The notes below the pieces were generated by a model. It ran no database searches, was not told where the DNA came from, and saw only the letters and a program-made list of their open reading frames with translations. Made by a program: the position numbers and the translations under genes. A DNA stretch of 64,000 nucleotides from Gemmatimonadales bacterium. Its GTDB lineage: Bacteria > Gemmatimonadota > Gemmatimonadetes > Gemmatimonadales > GWC2-71-9. How positions within the stretch are numbered: the first letter of the stretch is position 1; the number at the start of each line of letters is the position of its first letter. Shown here piece after piece: positions 26,612-35,302 of the stretch. The stretch covers positions 41 to 64,040 of the forward strand of contig JBAIWX010000007.1 in the NCBI GenBank assembly GCA_037916975.1, in the 5' to 3' direction.

Positions 26612-28039
26612 GTGGAAATGCTCCTCACCACCCTCGTGGTGGTCGCGATCACGGCGCTCTCGGTGTGGCGGCACCTGCGCCAGCACGCGCCGGCGCGCCC
26701 GGCGGGCCAGGCCTGCGCGCGCTGCCGGGCAGCCGTGCCCGAGGGGGCGCGCACCTGCCCGAAGTGCGGGGTGCCCCTGCAGGTGTTCGAGGTGGTGGCG
26801 GCGCCCGCCGCGACGGCCGCACCCGCGGCGGCGGCGGGACAGCGGCACGCAGTGGTGCGGGCGGACGTCTGCGCGGGCTGCGGGACCTGCGTCGCGGCCT
26901 GCCCGGAGGACGGCGCGATCCGCCTCGAGAAGAAGCTGGCCGTCGTGGACCTCGCGCACTGCGTGGGTCACGGGGACTGCGCGGCGGCCTGCCCGGTCAA
27001 CGCGATCGTGGTCGGCGCGGGCGACGGCGTGCAGCGCGTCGAGGTGCCGGAGGTGGACCGGAGCTTCCGCGCGAACGTGCCGGGGATCTACGTCGTGGGG
27101 GAGCTGGGCGGGCGCGGCCTCATCAAGAACGCGGTCAACGAGGGGAAGGTCGCCGTCGAGGCGATCGCCCAGGAGCTGCCGCCGGGGCAGCTGCGGCTCG
27201 ACGGCTACCTGCACGCGCTCGACGTCGTGATCGTGGGCTCGGGCCCGGCGGGGCTGAGCGCCGGGCTCGAGGCGCACCGCGTGGGGCTCAAGTACGTGGT
27301 GCTCGAGCAGGGCTCGCTCGCCGACACGATCCGCCGCTACCCGCGCCACAAGCTCCTCTTCGCCGAGCCGCTCACGGTCCCGCTCTACGGAGACCTGTGG
27401 ATCTCGGATGCGTCGAAGGAGAACCTCCTCGCGGTCTGGGAGACGATCGTCCGGAAGACCGGGCTCACCGTGCTCACGGAGCACAAGGTCACGAACATCA
27501 TCCGCCGGGACGACATCCTCGAGGTGGTCGTGCCCGGGCGGAAGTTCCTCACGCGGCGGGTTGTCCTCGCCCTCGGCCGCCGCGGCACGCCCCGCAAGCT
27601 CGGCGTCCCCGGCGAGGAGCTGGGCAAGGTCGTCTACGACGTCGCCGAGATGGAGGACTTCAAGGGACGGCGGGTGCTCGTCGTGGGCGGCGGGGACAGC
27701 GCGCTCGAGTCGGCGATCGGGCTCGCGAGCCAGCCGGGGACGACGGTCACGCTCAGCTACCGCGGCACCTCCTTCGACAAGGCGAAGGAGCGGAACCGGG
27801 CCAAGCTCGACGCCGCCGTGGCCGCGGGCCGGGTGCGCCTCATGCTGCAGAGCCAGGTGCGGGAGATCCGCGACGACGTCGTCGTGCTGGACGTGGAGGG
27901 CGCCTCGACGATCCTCCCCAACGACGACGTGATCGTGCGGATCGGCGGCGAGGCCCCGTTCGCCTTCCTCGAGAAGATCGGCGTGCGGATCATCACCAAG
28001 GAGATCCGCCTGCAGCCGGACGTGCAGCAGCGTGCCTGA
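26612..28039 (+). CDS. Membrane-anchored Zn-ribbon / 2x FeS ferredoxin / FAD-NAD(P) pyridine-nucleotide-disulfide-type oxidoreductase fusion
   Basis: 475 aa. N-terminal TM ([16 protein letters not shown]). CARC-x11-[16 protein letters not shown] and [26 protein letters not shown] (FAD) and [14 protein letters not shown] (NAD(P)) dinucleotide folds. Confidence 0.8.
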   Translation: MEMLLTTLVVVAITALSVWRHLRQHAPARPAGQACARCRAAVPEGARTCPKCGVPLQVFEVVAAPAATAAPAAAAGQRHAVVRADVCAGCGTCVAACPEDGAIRLEKKLAVVDLAHCVGHGDCAAACPVNAIVVGAGDGVQRVEVPEVDRSFRANVPGIYVVGELGGRGLIKNAVNEGKVAVEAIAQELPPGQLRLDGYLHALDVVIVGSGPAGLSAGLEAHRVGLKYVVLEQGSLADTIRRYPRHKLLFAEPLTVPLYGDLWISDASKENLLAVWETIVRKTGLTVLTEHKVTNIIRRDDILEVVVPGRKFLTRRVVLALGRRGTPRKLGVPGEELGKVVYDVAEMEDFKGRRVLVVGGGDSALESAIGLASQPGTTVTLSYRGTSFDKAKERNRAKLDAAVAAGRVRLMLQSQVREIRDDVVVLDVEGASTILPNDDVIVRIGGEAPFAFLEKIGVRIITKEIRLQPDVQQRA

Positions 28040-30083
28040 CCTGCGCCGGCTCCTCCGCGCCGCGCTCCCCGCGCTCGCCGCCCTGGCCCTCGGCCGGGCG
28101 GCACCGGCGCACGCGCAGATCTCGCCCGGGCCGCTGGCGCAGCCGCATGCGCAGCTCGAGGGCACGCTCAAGTGCACCCAGTGCCACGCGAGCAGGAAGG
28201 AGGAGATGCCGAGGGTCTGCCTCGCCTGCCACCGGGAGATCGGCTGGCTCGTGGAGCGGAACCGCGGCCTCCACGCGCGCGAGCGCGCGACGCCCTGCCA
28301 GAGCTGCCACCCGGACCACGCGGGGCGCGACTTCGCGCTCGTGAGCTGGAAGGAGGGGGCGCCCGAGCGCTTCGACCACCAGCGCGCCGGCTTCCGGCTC
28401 GAGCTGAGCCACGCGAAGGCGAAGTGCGAGGCGTGCCACGCGGCCAAGTACCGCGTGTCGCCCGCGGCGGCGCTCGCCCCGCAGAAGGGCGCGCACTGGA
28501 CCGGCCTCGAGACGGGGTGCACCGCCTGCCACGAGGACGTCCACCAGGGCGCGCTGGACAAGGACTGCACCAAGTGCCACGACGCCGGGAAGTGGGTGCT
28601 CGCGCCCGGCTTCGACCACAAGACGACCCGCTACCCGCTCACCGGCGCGCACGACACCGTCTCGTGCGACGGCTGCCACCTCGCGAAGCGGCTGCCGCTC
28701 CGGCTCGCCGCGACGGGGAAGCCGATCCCGGTCTACAAGCCGCTCCAGTTCGGCGAGTGCTCGAGCTGCCACGCCGACCCGCACAAGGGGAAGTTCGGGG
28801 CCGAATGCTCGTCGTGCCACGTGACGGCGAGCTTCCGGAAGATCGACAAGGACAACTTCGACCACGAGAAGACGCGCTACCCGCTCCGCGGGAAGCACGC
28901 GGCGGTCGCGTGCGCCAAGTGCCACGCGCCGGGCGACCCGGCGGGGAAGAAGCCCCCATTCGCGCGCTGCGCGGACTGCCACCGCGACGACCCGCACGCC
29001 GGCACCGCGAAGCTCGCGGGCGCGGTGGCGGACTGCGCGAGCTGCCACAAGGTCGAGGGGTGGACCCCCGCGACGTACACGGTGGCCGACCACGACCGGG
29101 CGCCGTACCGCCTCGAGGGGAGGCACCGCGAGGTGCGGTGCGCCGAGTGCCACCAGAAGCGGCCGCCGGGCGTGCCGGCGGCGGTCCTCGGCAGTGCGGG
29201 CGTCCAGCTCCGGCCCGCGTCCAAGGCGTGCCGTGACTGCCACGCCGACGACCACGGGGGCCAGCTCGCCCAGCGGCCCGACAAGGGCGCGTGCGAGGCC
29301 TGCCACAGGGTCGCGGGCTGGGACCAGACCACCTACGGCATCGCCGAGCACGCGAAGCTCCGGCTTCCCCTCGACGGCAAGCACGCGACGATCCGCTGCG
29401 GCGCGTGCCATGCGGCCGACCGCAAGGGCCTGCCGGGGTTCGCCAACGTCGCGGCCCTCGGCAAGGCGCGCGTGCTCATGAAGCTGGCGAGCGCCGAGTG
29501 CGCCTCGTGCCACGTGGACGTGCACGACGGTCGGTTCGCCCAGGGCGGCGAGCGCGCCAAGCCGGAGGGGTGTGCGGCGTGCCACGACGCGCGCGCCTTC
29601 CGGCCCTCCACCGTCGCCGCGGCGCAGCACGAGCGGTACGCCTTCCGGCTCGAGGGCGCCCACCGGGCGACGCCCTGCGTCGCCTGCCACGCCGACCTCA
29701 AGACCACGGCCGGCGGCAGCTTCCTGCTCGCGGCGGCGCGCAAGCCGGCGACGCCGCTCGCGCTCGCCGTGGCGAAGCGGGACTGCGCGGACTGCCACGC
29801 GAGCGAGAGCCCGCACGGCGACCAGTTCGCGGGCCGGAAGGACCGGGGGGCCTGCGAGGCCTGCCACTCGGTGGCGGCGTTCGCGCCCGCCGACCGGTTC
29901 GACCACGACCGTGACGCGTCGTTCTCCCTCGCGGGGGCCCATGCCAGGGTGCCCTGCGCCAAGTGCCACGTGCCCGACGCCCAGGCCGCCGCGCGCGGCG
30001 GGGTGCGGGTGCGCTACCGGCCGCTCTCGGGGAAGTGCGAGAGCTGCCACGACGACGCCACCGCGCGTCGCCCGACCCGCTAG
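28032..30083 (+). CDS. Multiheme c-type cytochrome, 23 CxxCH motifs, signal peptide
   Basis: 683 aa. I counted 23 CxxCH, arranged as seven three-heme modules plus one two-heme module. Signal peptide ...AAPAHAQ with no lipobox. 8-nt overlap with the upstream gene. Confidence 0.9.
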   Translation: MPDLRRLLRAALPALAALALGRAAPAHAQISPGPLAQPHAQLEGTLKCTQCHASRKEEMPRVCLACHREIGWLVERNRGLHARERATPCQSCHPDHAGRDFALVSWKEGAPERFDHQRAGFRLELSHAKAKCEACHAAKYRVSPAAALAPQKGAHWTGLETGCTACHEDVHQGALDKDCTKCHDAGKWVLAPGFDHKTTRYPLTGAHDTVSCDGCHLAKRLPLRLAATGKPIPVYKPLQFGECSSCHADPHKGKFGAECSSCHVTASFRKIDKDNFDHEKTRYPLRGKHAAVACAKCHAPGDPAGKKPPFARCADCHRDDPHAGTAKLAGAVADCASCHKVEGWTPATYTVADHDRAPYRLEGRHREVRCAECHQKRPPGVPAAVLGSAGVQLRPASKACRDCHADDHGGQLAQRPDKGACEACHRVAGWDQTTYGIAEHAKLRLPLDGKHATIRCGACHAADRKGLPGFANVAALGKARVLMKLASAECASCHVDVHDGRFAQGGERAKPEGCAACHDARAFRPSTVAAAQHERYAFRLEGAHRATPCVACHADLKTTAGGSFLLAAARKPATPLALAVAKRDCADCHASESPHGDQFAGRKDRGACEACHSVAAFAPADRFDHDRDASFSLAGAHARVPCAKCHVPDAQAAARGGVRVRYRPLSGKCESCHDDATARRPTR

Positions 30084-30092
30084 GAGGCCGCC

Positions 30093-31370
30093 ATGCGCCG
30101 ATCCCGGTTCGTCGCGCTCGCCGCGCTGCTCCCCGCCCTCGTGGGTGGGCGGCTCGCGGCGCAGGACACGGGGCAGGACCCCGGGCAGAACCCGCACGGC
30201 CCGCTCAAGGTCGAGTGCAGCACCTGCCACGTCGCCACCAGCTGGACGGTCGTGCGGCCGGCGAAGCAGTTCGCGCACGCGCCGGCCACCTTCCCGCTCC
30301 AGGGGGCCCACGCGAGCACCTCATGCCGCGCCTGCCACCGGGCGCTCGACTTCACCGGCACGCCGACGGCCTGCGTGAGCTGCCACAAGGACGTGCACCA
30401 GGGCGAGCTCGGCGCCGACTGCGCCCGCTGCCACTCGGCGCGGAGCTTCGTGGACCGCGCGACGATGCTGCGCCAGCACCAGACGGCGCGCTTCGTCCTC
30501 ACGGGCTCGCACGCCGCGGTGGACTGCGAGCAGTGCCACACGGCAAAGGGGCAGGGACGGCTCGCGTTCACGAACACCCCGTCGCGCTGCGAGGACTGCC
30601 ACCTCGACCGCTTCGCCGCGACGCGGAACCCCGACCACACTGCCGGCGGCTTCTCGCGCGACTGCAACCAGTGCCACGCCACGGCGCTCTGGACCCCCGC
30701 GCGGTTCAACCACGCGGCGGGCCGCTTCCCGCTCACGGGGGCGCACCGCGCGGTGGCCTGCGACCAGTGCCACGCCAACAACCGCTTCGCCGGCACGCCG
30801 ACGGCCTGCGTGGGCTGCCACCTGACGGACTGGCAGGGGACCACGAACCCGAGCCACCAGACGCTCAACTTCCCGCAGGAGTGCACCCAGTGCCACTCCA
30901 CCGTGTCGTGGAGCGGCGCGACCTTCGACCACACGGTGACCGGGTTCACGCTCACCGGCCAGCACAAGTCGGTGGCGTGCACCGACTGCCACAAGAACGG
31001 CGTCTTCGCCGGCACCCCGACCACCTGCGTCGGGTGCCACCAGCAGGACTACGCCGGCACGACGAACCCGAACCACCAGGCGGCGGGTTTCCCGACCGAC
31101 TGCGCGTCGTGCCACACCACGGCGGGATGGGCGGGCGCGACCTTCAACCACGACGGGACCTTCTTCCCCATCTACTCCGGGGCGCACCGCGGCCAGTGGA
31201 CCGACTGCGCCACGTGCCACACGAGCCCCACGAACTTCGCGACGTTCACGTGCCTCACGTGCCACGTGCACGACAAGCCCACGATGGACGCCAAGCACCA
31301 GGGGCGCGCCGGGTACACCTACGACAGCCAGGCGTGCTACCGCTGCCATCCGCAGGGGAGGGCCGGCTGA
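30093..31370 (+). CDS. Multiheme c-type cytochrome, 16 CxxCH motifs, signal peptide
   Basis: 425 aa. 16 CxxCH counted, with the same F-[DN]-H...G-x-H...CxxCH module as the preceding gene. Signal peptide ...GGRLAAQD with no lipobox. Confidence 0.9.
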   Translation: MRRSRFVALAALLPALVGGRLAAQDTGQDPGQNPHGPLKVECSTCHVATSWTVVRPAKQFAHAPATFPLQGAHASTSCRACHRALDFTGTPTACVSCHKDVHQGELGADCARCHSARSFVDRATMLRQHQTARFVLTGSHAAVDCEQCHTAKGQGRLAFTNTPSRCEDCHLDRFAATRNPDHTAGGFSRDCNQCHATALWTPARFNHAAGRFPLTGAHRAVACDQCHANNRFAGTPTACVGCHLTDWQGTTNPSHQTLNFPQECTQCHSTVSWSGATFDHTVTGFTLTGQHKSVACTDCHKNGVFAGTPTTCVGCHQQDYAGTTNPNHQAAGFPTDCASCHTTAGWAGATFNHDGTFFPIYSGAHRGQWTDCATCHTSPTNFATFTCLTCHVHDKPTMDAKHQGRAGYTYDSQACYRCHPQGRAG

Positions 31371-32941
31371 TGCGGACCACGACGCTCCTCCTCGGCGCGC
31401 TGGCGCTCGCGACGCCGCTCGCGGCCCAGGACTCGGCCGCGACGCGCAGCGCGCGGATCACCTACCTCACCAGCACCACCGCGTACCTCGACGCAGGGCG
31501 GGAGGACGGCCTCGCGACCGGTGCGCTCCTCGACGTGCGGCGGCAGGGGGCGAGCGTGGGCGCGCTGCGGGTGACGGACCTCTCGTCCCACCGGGCGGCC
31601 GGCGAGATCGTCCGTGCCGACCAGCCGCTCGCCGTCGGCGACTCGGCCTGGTACGTCCCGGTCGCCGCGCCCGCCGAGGCGCAGGTGGCGCAGGCGGGCG
31701 ACGCGAGCGCGGCCCGGCGCCGCGGCCGCCACCCCGACGCGCTCCGGGGCCGGATCGGCGTGCGCTACCTGTACAGCTCGGCGGCGGGGGGCGCGCGGGA
31801 CCTCTCGCAGCCCGCGCTCGACGTGCGGCTCGACGGCACGAACCTCGGCGGCACGCCGCTCGGGCTCGCCGTGGACGTGCGCGCCCGCTGGACCAACACC
31901 GGCGGCACCGGCGCCGTGACCACCAACGACGGGGTGGCGCGCGTCTACCAGGCCGCGCTGCTCGTCGAGTCGGCGAAGAGCCCGGTCCGCGCCGTCGTGG
32001 GCCGCCAGCTGTCGCCGACCATCGCCACGGTGAGCTTCCTCGACGGCGCGCTCGTCGAGGCGCGCGGGAAGAGCTGGGCCGTGGGCGCGATCGGCGGGAC
32101 GGAGCCGGACCCGGTCACCTTCGCCTGGTCGAAGGACATCACCGACGTCGGCGGGTACGTGCAGCTGCGGAGCCCGGTCGGCGCGGCGAAGCGCTGGAGC
32201 GCGACGCTCGGGGCCGTCGGCTCGTACACCGAGAGCCGCGCCAACCGGGAGTTCGCCTACCTGCAGGGGAGCTACCTCGACCGGAACGTCTCGGCCTTCC
32301 TGGCGCAGGAGCTGGACTACTACCGCCCCTGGAAGGTGGCCCTCGGCGAGAAGAGCAGCCTCTCGCCCACGAGCACCTTCGCGAGCCTGCGCGTCCGCGT
32401 GAGCGACGGCGTGAGCCTCTCCGCCGGCTACGACAACCGGCGCAACGTGCGGCTCTTCCGCGACGCGGTGAACCCCGAGACGGTCTTCGACGATTCGTTC
32501 CGGCAGGGCGTGTGGGGCGGGGCCTTCTTCTCCTTCGCACGGCACCTGCACCTCGGGCTCGATGCGCGCACGAGCGACGGCGGCACCGCCGGCCACGCCG
32601 ACCTCTACTCGGTGACCATGGGGGCGACGAACCTCGGGCGGGCCGGCCTCTCGATCCGGGGCCGCGGGACGCGCTACCAGAACGCGGTGCAGGACGGCTG
32701 GCTCGGCTCGCTCTCGGTGGGCGTCTCGCCCGGCTCGCGGCTCTCCCTCGAGGTGAACGGCGGGCTGCGGAGCGAGCACAACGCCGCGGCCGACCCCGCG
32801 ACGCAGCAGGTGACGTGGGTGGGCGGCTACGCCGACTTCTCGCTGCTGCGGTCGCTCTACCTGATGGTCTCGGCCACCCACGAGTCGGGCGCCCTCGAGG
32901 GGAGCGACCAGGGCTACCTGAGCCTCACCTGGCGCTTCTGA
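31370..32941 (+). CDS. Outer-membrane beta-barrel protein with N-terminal soluble domain (putative porin partner of the cytochromes)
   Basis: 523 aa from ATG 31370 (TGATG overlap with the cytochrome stop) inside the 992-aa track ORF. Signal peptide ...TPLAAQD, many amphipathic strands, aromatic C-terminus ...YLSLTWRF. Confidence 0.7.
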   Translation: MRTTTLLLGALALATPLAAQDSAATRSARITYLTSTTAYLDAGREDGLATGALLDVRRQGASVGALRVTDLSSHRAAGEIVRADQPLAVGDSAWYVPVAAPAEAQVAQAGDASAARRRGRHPDALRGRIGVRYLYSSAAGGARDLSQPALDVRLDGTNLGGTPLGLAVDVRARWTNTGGTGAVTTNDGVARVYQAALLVESAKSPVRAVVGRQLSPTIATVSFLDGALVEARGKSWAVGAIGGTEPDPVTFAWSKDITDVGGYVQLRSPVGAAKRWSATLGAVGSYTESRANREFAYLQGSYLDRNVSAFLAQELDYYRPWKVALGEKSSLSPTSTFASLRVRVSDGVSLSAGYDNRRNVRLFRDAVNPETVFDDSFRQGVWGGAFFSFARHLHLGLDARTSDGGTAGHADLYSVTMGATNLGRAGLSIRGRGTRYQNAVQDGWLGSLSVGVSPGSRLSLEVNGGLRSEHNAAADPATQQVTWVGGYADFSLLRSLYLMVSATHESGALEGSDQGYLSLTWRF

Positions 32942-32956
32942 GCGCGCGCCGGCGCG

Positions 32957-32972
32957 GCGCGGCCGGCCGCGC
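32957..32972. terminator. GC palindrome between convergent genes
   Basis: GCGCGGCC/GGCCGCGC, a perfect 16-nt palindrome between stops at 32941 (+) and 32987 (-). No U-tract. Confidence 0.3.
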
Positions 32973-32986
32973 CCCGCGAGGTGCGG

Positions 32987-33364
32987 TCAGGTCGCGCGCC
33001 CGGTCCGTGCCCGCCGCCGCAGGATCGCCGCGTACAGCGCGACGTTGACGGCGAGCGCGCCCGCGCCGATGACGAACTGCGCCTCGCGCGTGAGTCCCTC
33101 GGGATAGAGCCAGGCGAGGAGGTAGTGGCCCAGGAAATCACCCGTGTAGCCCGCCTCGCCCGCCCGCCGGCGCAGCGCCGCCTCGAGCGGCGTGAGCGGG
33201 CAGGTCCCTCCCGTCCATTCGATCAGGACTCCCCAGGCGGCCGCCGGCAGGTGCAGCCACGCGAGGCGGGGCCAGCGGCGCACGAGGAACGCCCCGCCCG
33301 CCACGAAGAGCGCGAAGCCCGCGTGCAGCAGGAGGACGAGGTCGGCGAGCCAGCCCCAGGGCAT
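32987..33364 (-). CDS. DUF2784 membrane protein
   Basis: 125 aa from ATG 33364. LLLHAGFALFVAGGAFL...WGVLIEWTGGTCPLTPLE motif. Confidence 0.65.
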   Translation of the reverse strand: MPWGWLADLVLLLHAGFALFVAGGAFLVRRWPRLAWLHLPAAAWGVLIEWTGGTCPLTPLEAALRRRAGEAGYTGDFLGHYLLAWLYPEGLTREAQFVIGAGALAVNVALYAAILRRRARTGRAT

Positions 33365-33403
33365 GCCCGGAGGGTGCGGCCGCGGCTGGCGGCGCGCCAG
33401 CGG

Positions 33404-33432
33404 TTGACGGCGGTCGTCCGCCGCTTTATCGT
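33404..33432 (+). promoter_or_regulatory. Sigma-70-like promoter
   Basis: TTGACG-N17-TATCGT, with an alternative -10 TAAAGT just downstream, in the divergent intergenic region. Confidence 0.35.
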
Positions 33433-33521
33433 GTAAAGTGACTTCTGCCCCGTGCCCGGAGCGCCGAGTGGCTGCACCGCTGCCGCGTCCCGCCGAACCG
33501 CCCGCGCTCCACGCGCGCGCG

Positions 33522-34073
33522 ATGGCGAACCTGGACTTCATCCGTGACACGATGGAGCGCGCCTCCGCCTTCACCGGCGTGCCCGGCTGGGGCGGGGTGC
33601 TCATGGGCATCTCCGCGATCGGCGCCGCCGCCGTGGCGGCGCGGCAGTCGGCGGGCGAGCGGTGGCTCGCCACGTGGGCGGTCGAGGCGCTCGCCGGCAT
33701 CGTGATCGGCAGCGTGGCGCTCGCGCGGAAGGTGCGCCGCCACGAGGGCTACGTGCTCACCCGGCCGCTCCGCCGCTTCCTGCTCGGCTACCTGCCACCC
33801 CTCGGCGTGGGGGCACTCCTCACGCTCGTGCTCGCGCGCGCCGGCGTGTACGGCCTGCTCCCGGCGCTCTGGCTCCTCCTCTACGGCACCGCGCTCGTGA
33901 CGGGCGGCGCCTTCTCCGTGCGCATCGTGCCGGTGATGGGCGCCTGCTTCCTCGCCCTCGGGATCGCGGCGATCGTGGCCCCCCCGGCGTGGGGCGATGC
34001 CTGGATGGCGCTCGGCTTCGGCGGGCTGCACGTGGTGTTCGGCACCTGGATCGCGCGGAGGCACGGTGGCTAA
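33522..34073 (+). CDS. Membrane protein (5 TM), unknown function
   Basis: From ATG 33522 (MANLDFIRDTMERA); GTG 33438 is an alternative. Hydrophobic segments throughout. 8-nt overlap with the downstream regulator. Confidence 0.55.
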   Translation: MANLDFIRDTMERASAFTGVPGWGGVLMGISAIGAAAVAARQSAGERWLATWAVEALAGIVIGSVALARKVRRHEGYVLTRPLRRFLLGYLPPLGVGALLTLVLARAGVYGLLPALWLLLYGTALVTGGAFSVRIVPVMGACFLALGIAAIVAPPAWGDAWMALGFGGLHVVFGTWIARRHGG

Positions 34074-34467
34074 GGGACCGCAGCCGGCCCGGCGCCTCGA
34101 CGGTGACCCGCCCGGGCCGCCCGTCCTCGAAGGCGTGCGCGGGGGCGCGCCCGGCGACGCCCTCGACCTCGATCGCCTGATCCACGAGCGGATGCGCCTC
34201 GCGATCGTGAGCGCGCTCGCCGTGAACGAGTCGCTGAGCTTCAACGAGCTCAAGCAGTTGCTCGGCATGACCGACGGGAACCTGAGCGTGCACGCGCGCA
34301 AGCTGGAGGAGGCGGGCTACGTGCGGTGCGAGAAGACCTTCGACGGCCGGACTCCCCGCACCGACTATCGCCTCACGCGCGAGGGCCGGGCGGCGCTCGA
34401 GCGGTACCTGGCGCACATGGAGGCGCTGATCCGCGCGGTGGGCGCGGAGCGGCCCGGCGACGGGTGA
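34066..34467 (+). CDS. Winged-helix transcriptional regulator (ArsR/MarR-like)
   Basis: GTG 34066 with GGAGG 4 nt upstream. IHERMRLAIVSALAVNESLSFNELKQLLGMTDGNLSVHARKLEEAGYV...DGRTPRTDYRLT. Confidence 0.7.
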   Translation: MAKGPQPARRLDGDPPGPPVLEGVRGGAPGDALDLDRLIHERMRLAIVSALAVNESLSFNELKQLLGMTDGNLSVHARKLEEAGYVRCEKTFDGRTPRTDYRLTREGRAALERYLAHMEALIRAVGAERPGDG

Positions 34468-34496
34468 ACCGGGCCGGTCGCCAGCGCGAGACGCAC

Positions 34497-34518
34497 GGGG
34501 CGCGAGTCGCCCCTTTTT
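34497..34518 (+). terminator. Rho-independent terminator
   Basis: GGGGCG-CGAGT-CGCCCC followed by TTTTT, 30 nt after the regulator stop. Confidence 0.6.
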
Positions 34519-34534
34519 CGGGGAAGGCAACTTT

Positions 34535-35302
34535 ATGATACAAAGAGCTTCGCCTGCGGTGCCCGACGGACTGCACGTCGCGCTCGTGATGGACGGGAAC
34601 GGGCGCTGGGCCGAACGGCGGGGGCTTCCGCGGGTGACGGGCCACCGGGCGGGCGCGGCGGCCGCACGGCGCGTCGTCGAAGCCGCGCCGCACTGCGGGA
34701 TCGGCGTCCTCTCGCTCTACGCCTTCTCCGCGGACAACTGGCGGCGGCCGCCGGGCGAGGTCTCCGCGCTCTTCCGGTTGCTCGGCACCTTCCTGCGGCG
34801 CGAGGTGCTGCGCGCCGAAATGGAGGGGGTACGCGTGAACGTGGTCGGGCGGCGCGACCGCCTGCCGGCGGCGCTCCGGCACGCCATCGACGACGCCGAG
34901 CGGCGGACTCGGGGCGGCGGGCGCCTGCTCCTCCGACTCGCGGTGGACTACTCGGCGCGCGACGCCATCCGGCGGGCGGCCGCCTGCTGCGCCGGGGACG
35001 AGGCGCCGACCCGGGAGGCATTCGCGGCCGCGCTCGCGGCGGTGGACCACGCGGAGCCGGCGCCGCCGGTGGACCTGCTCGTGCGGGCCGGTGGCGAGCA
35101 GCGGCTCAGCGACTTCCTGCTGTGGGAGTCCGCGTACGCCGAACTGCTGTTCCTCGACACGCCGTGGCCGGACTTCGGCGCGACCGACCTGGCGCAGGCG
35201 GTGGAGGCCTATCGCCGGCGCGAGCGGCGGTTCGGGGGCGCGGGCCGTCCCGCCGCAGTCGCCCTGCGCCCGGCCCTCACCGTGACCCGGAGGACCGGAT
35301 GA
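34535..35302 (+). CDS. uppS: Undecaprenyl-diphosphate synthase (cis-isoprenyl transferase)
   Basis: 255 aa. HVALVMDGNGRWA...GHRAG...LYAFSADNWRRP...RLSDFLLWESAYAEL. Confidence 0.9.
   Translation: MIQRASPAVPDGLHVALVMDGNGRWAERRGLPRVTGHRAGAAAARRVVEAAPHCGIGVLSLYAFSADNWRRPPGEVSALFRLLGTFLRREVLRAEMEGVRVNVVGRRDRLPAALRHAIDDAERRTRGGGRLLLRLAVDYSARDAIRRAAACCAGDEAPTREAFAAALAAVDHAEPAPPVDLLVRAGGEQRLSDFLLWESAYAELLFLDTPWPDFGATDLAQAVEAYRRRERRFGGAGRPAAVALRPALTVTRRTG

Noticed and set aside
27993-30311. 772-aa minus-strand ORF antisense to the 23-heme cytochrome; also 30321..31349(-) and 31337..32881(-)
   Set aside because: Arg/Ala/Gly/Pro-rich. The sense frames carry 39 CxxCH motifs, signal peptides and a barrel terminus.
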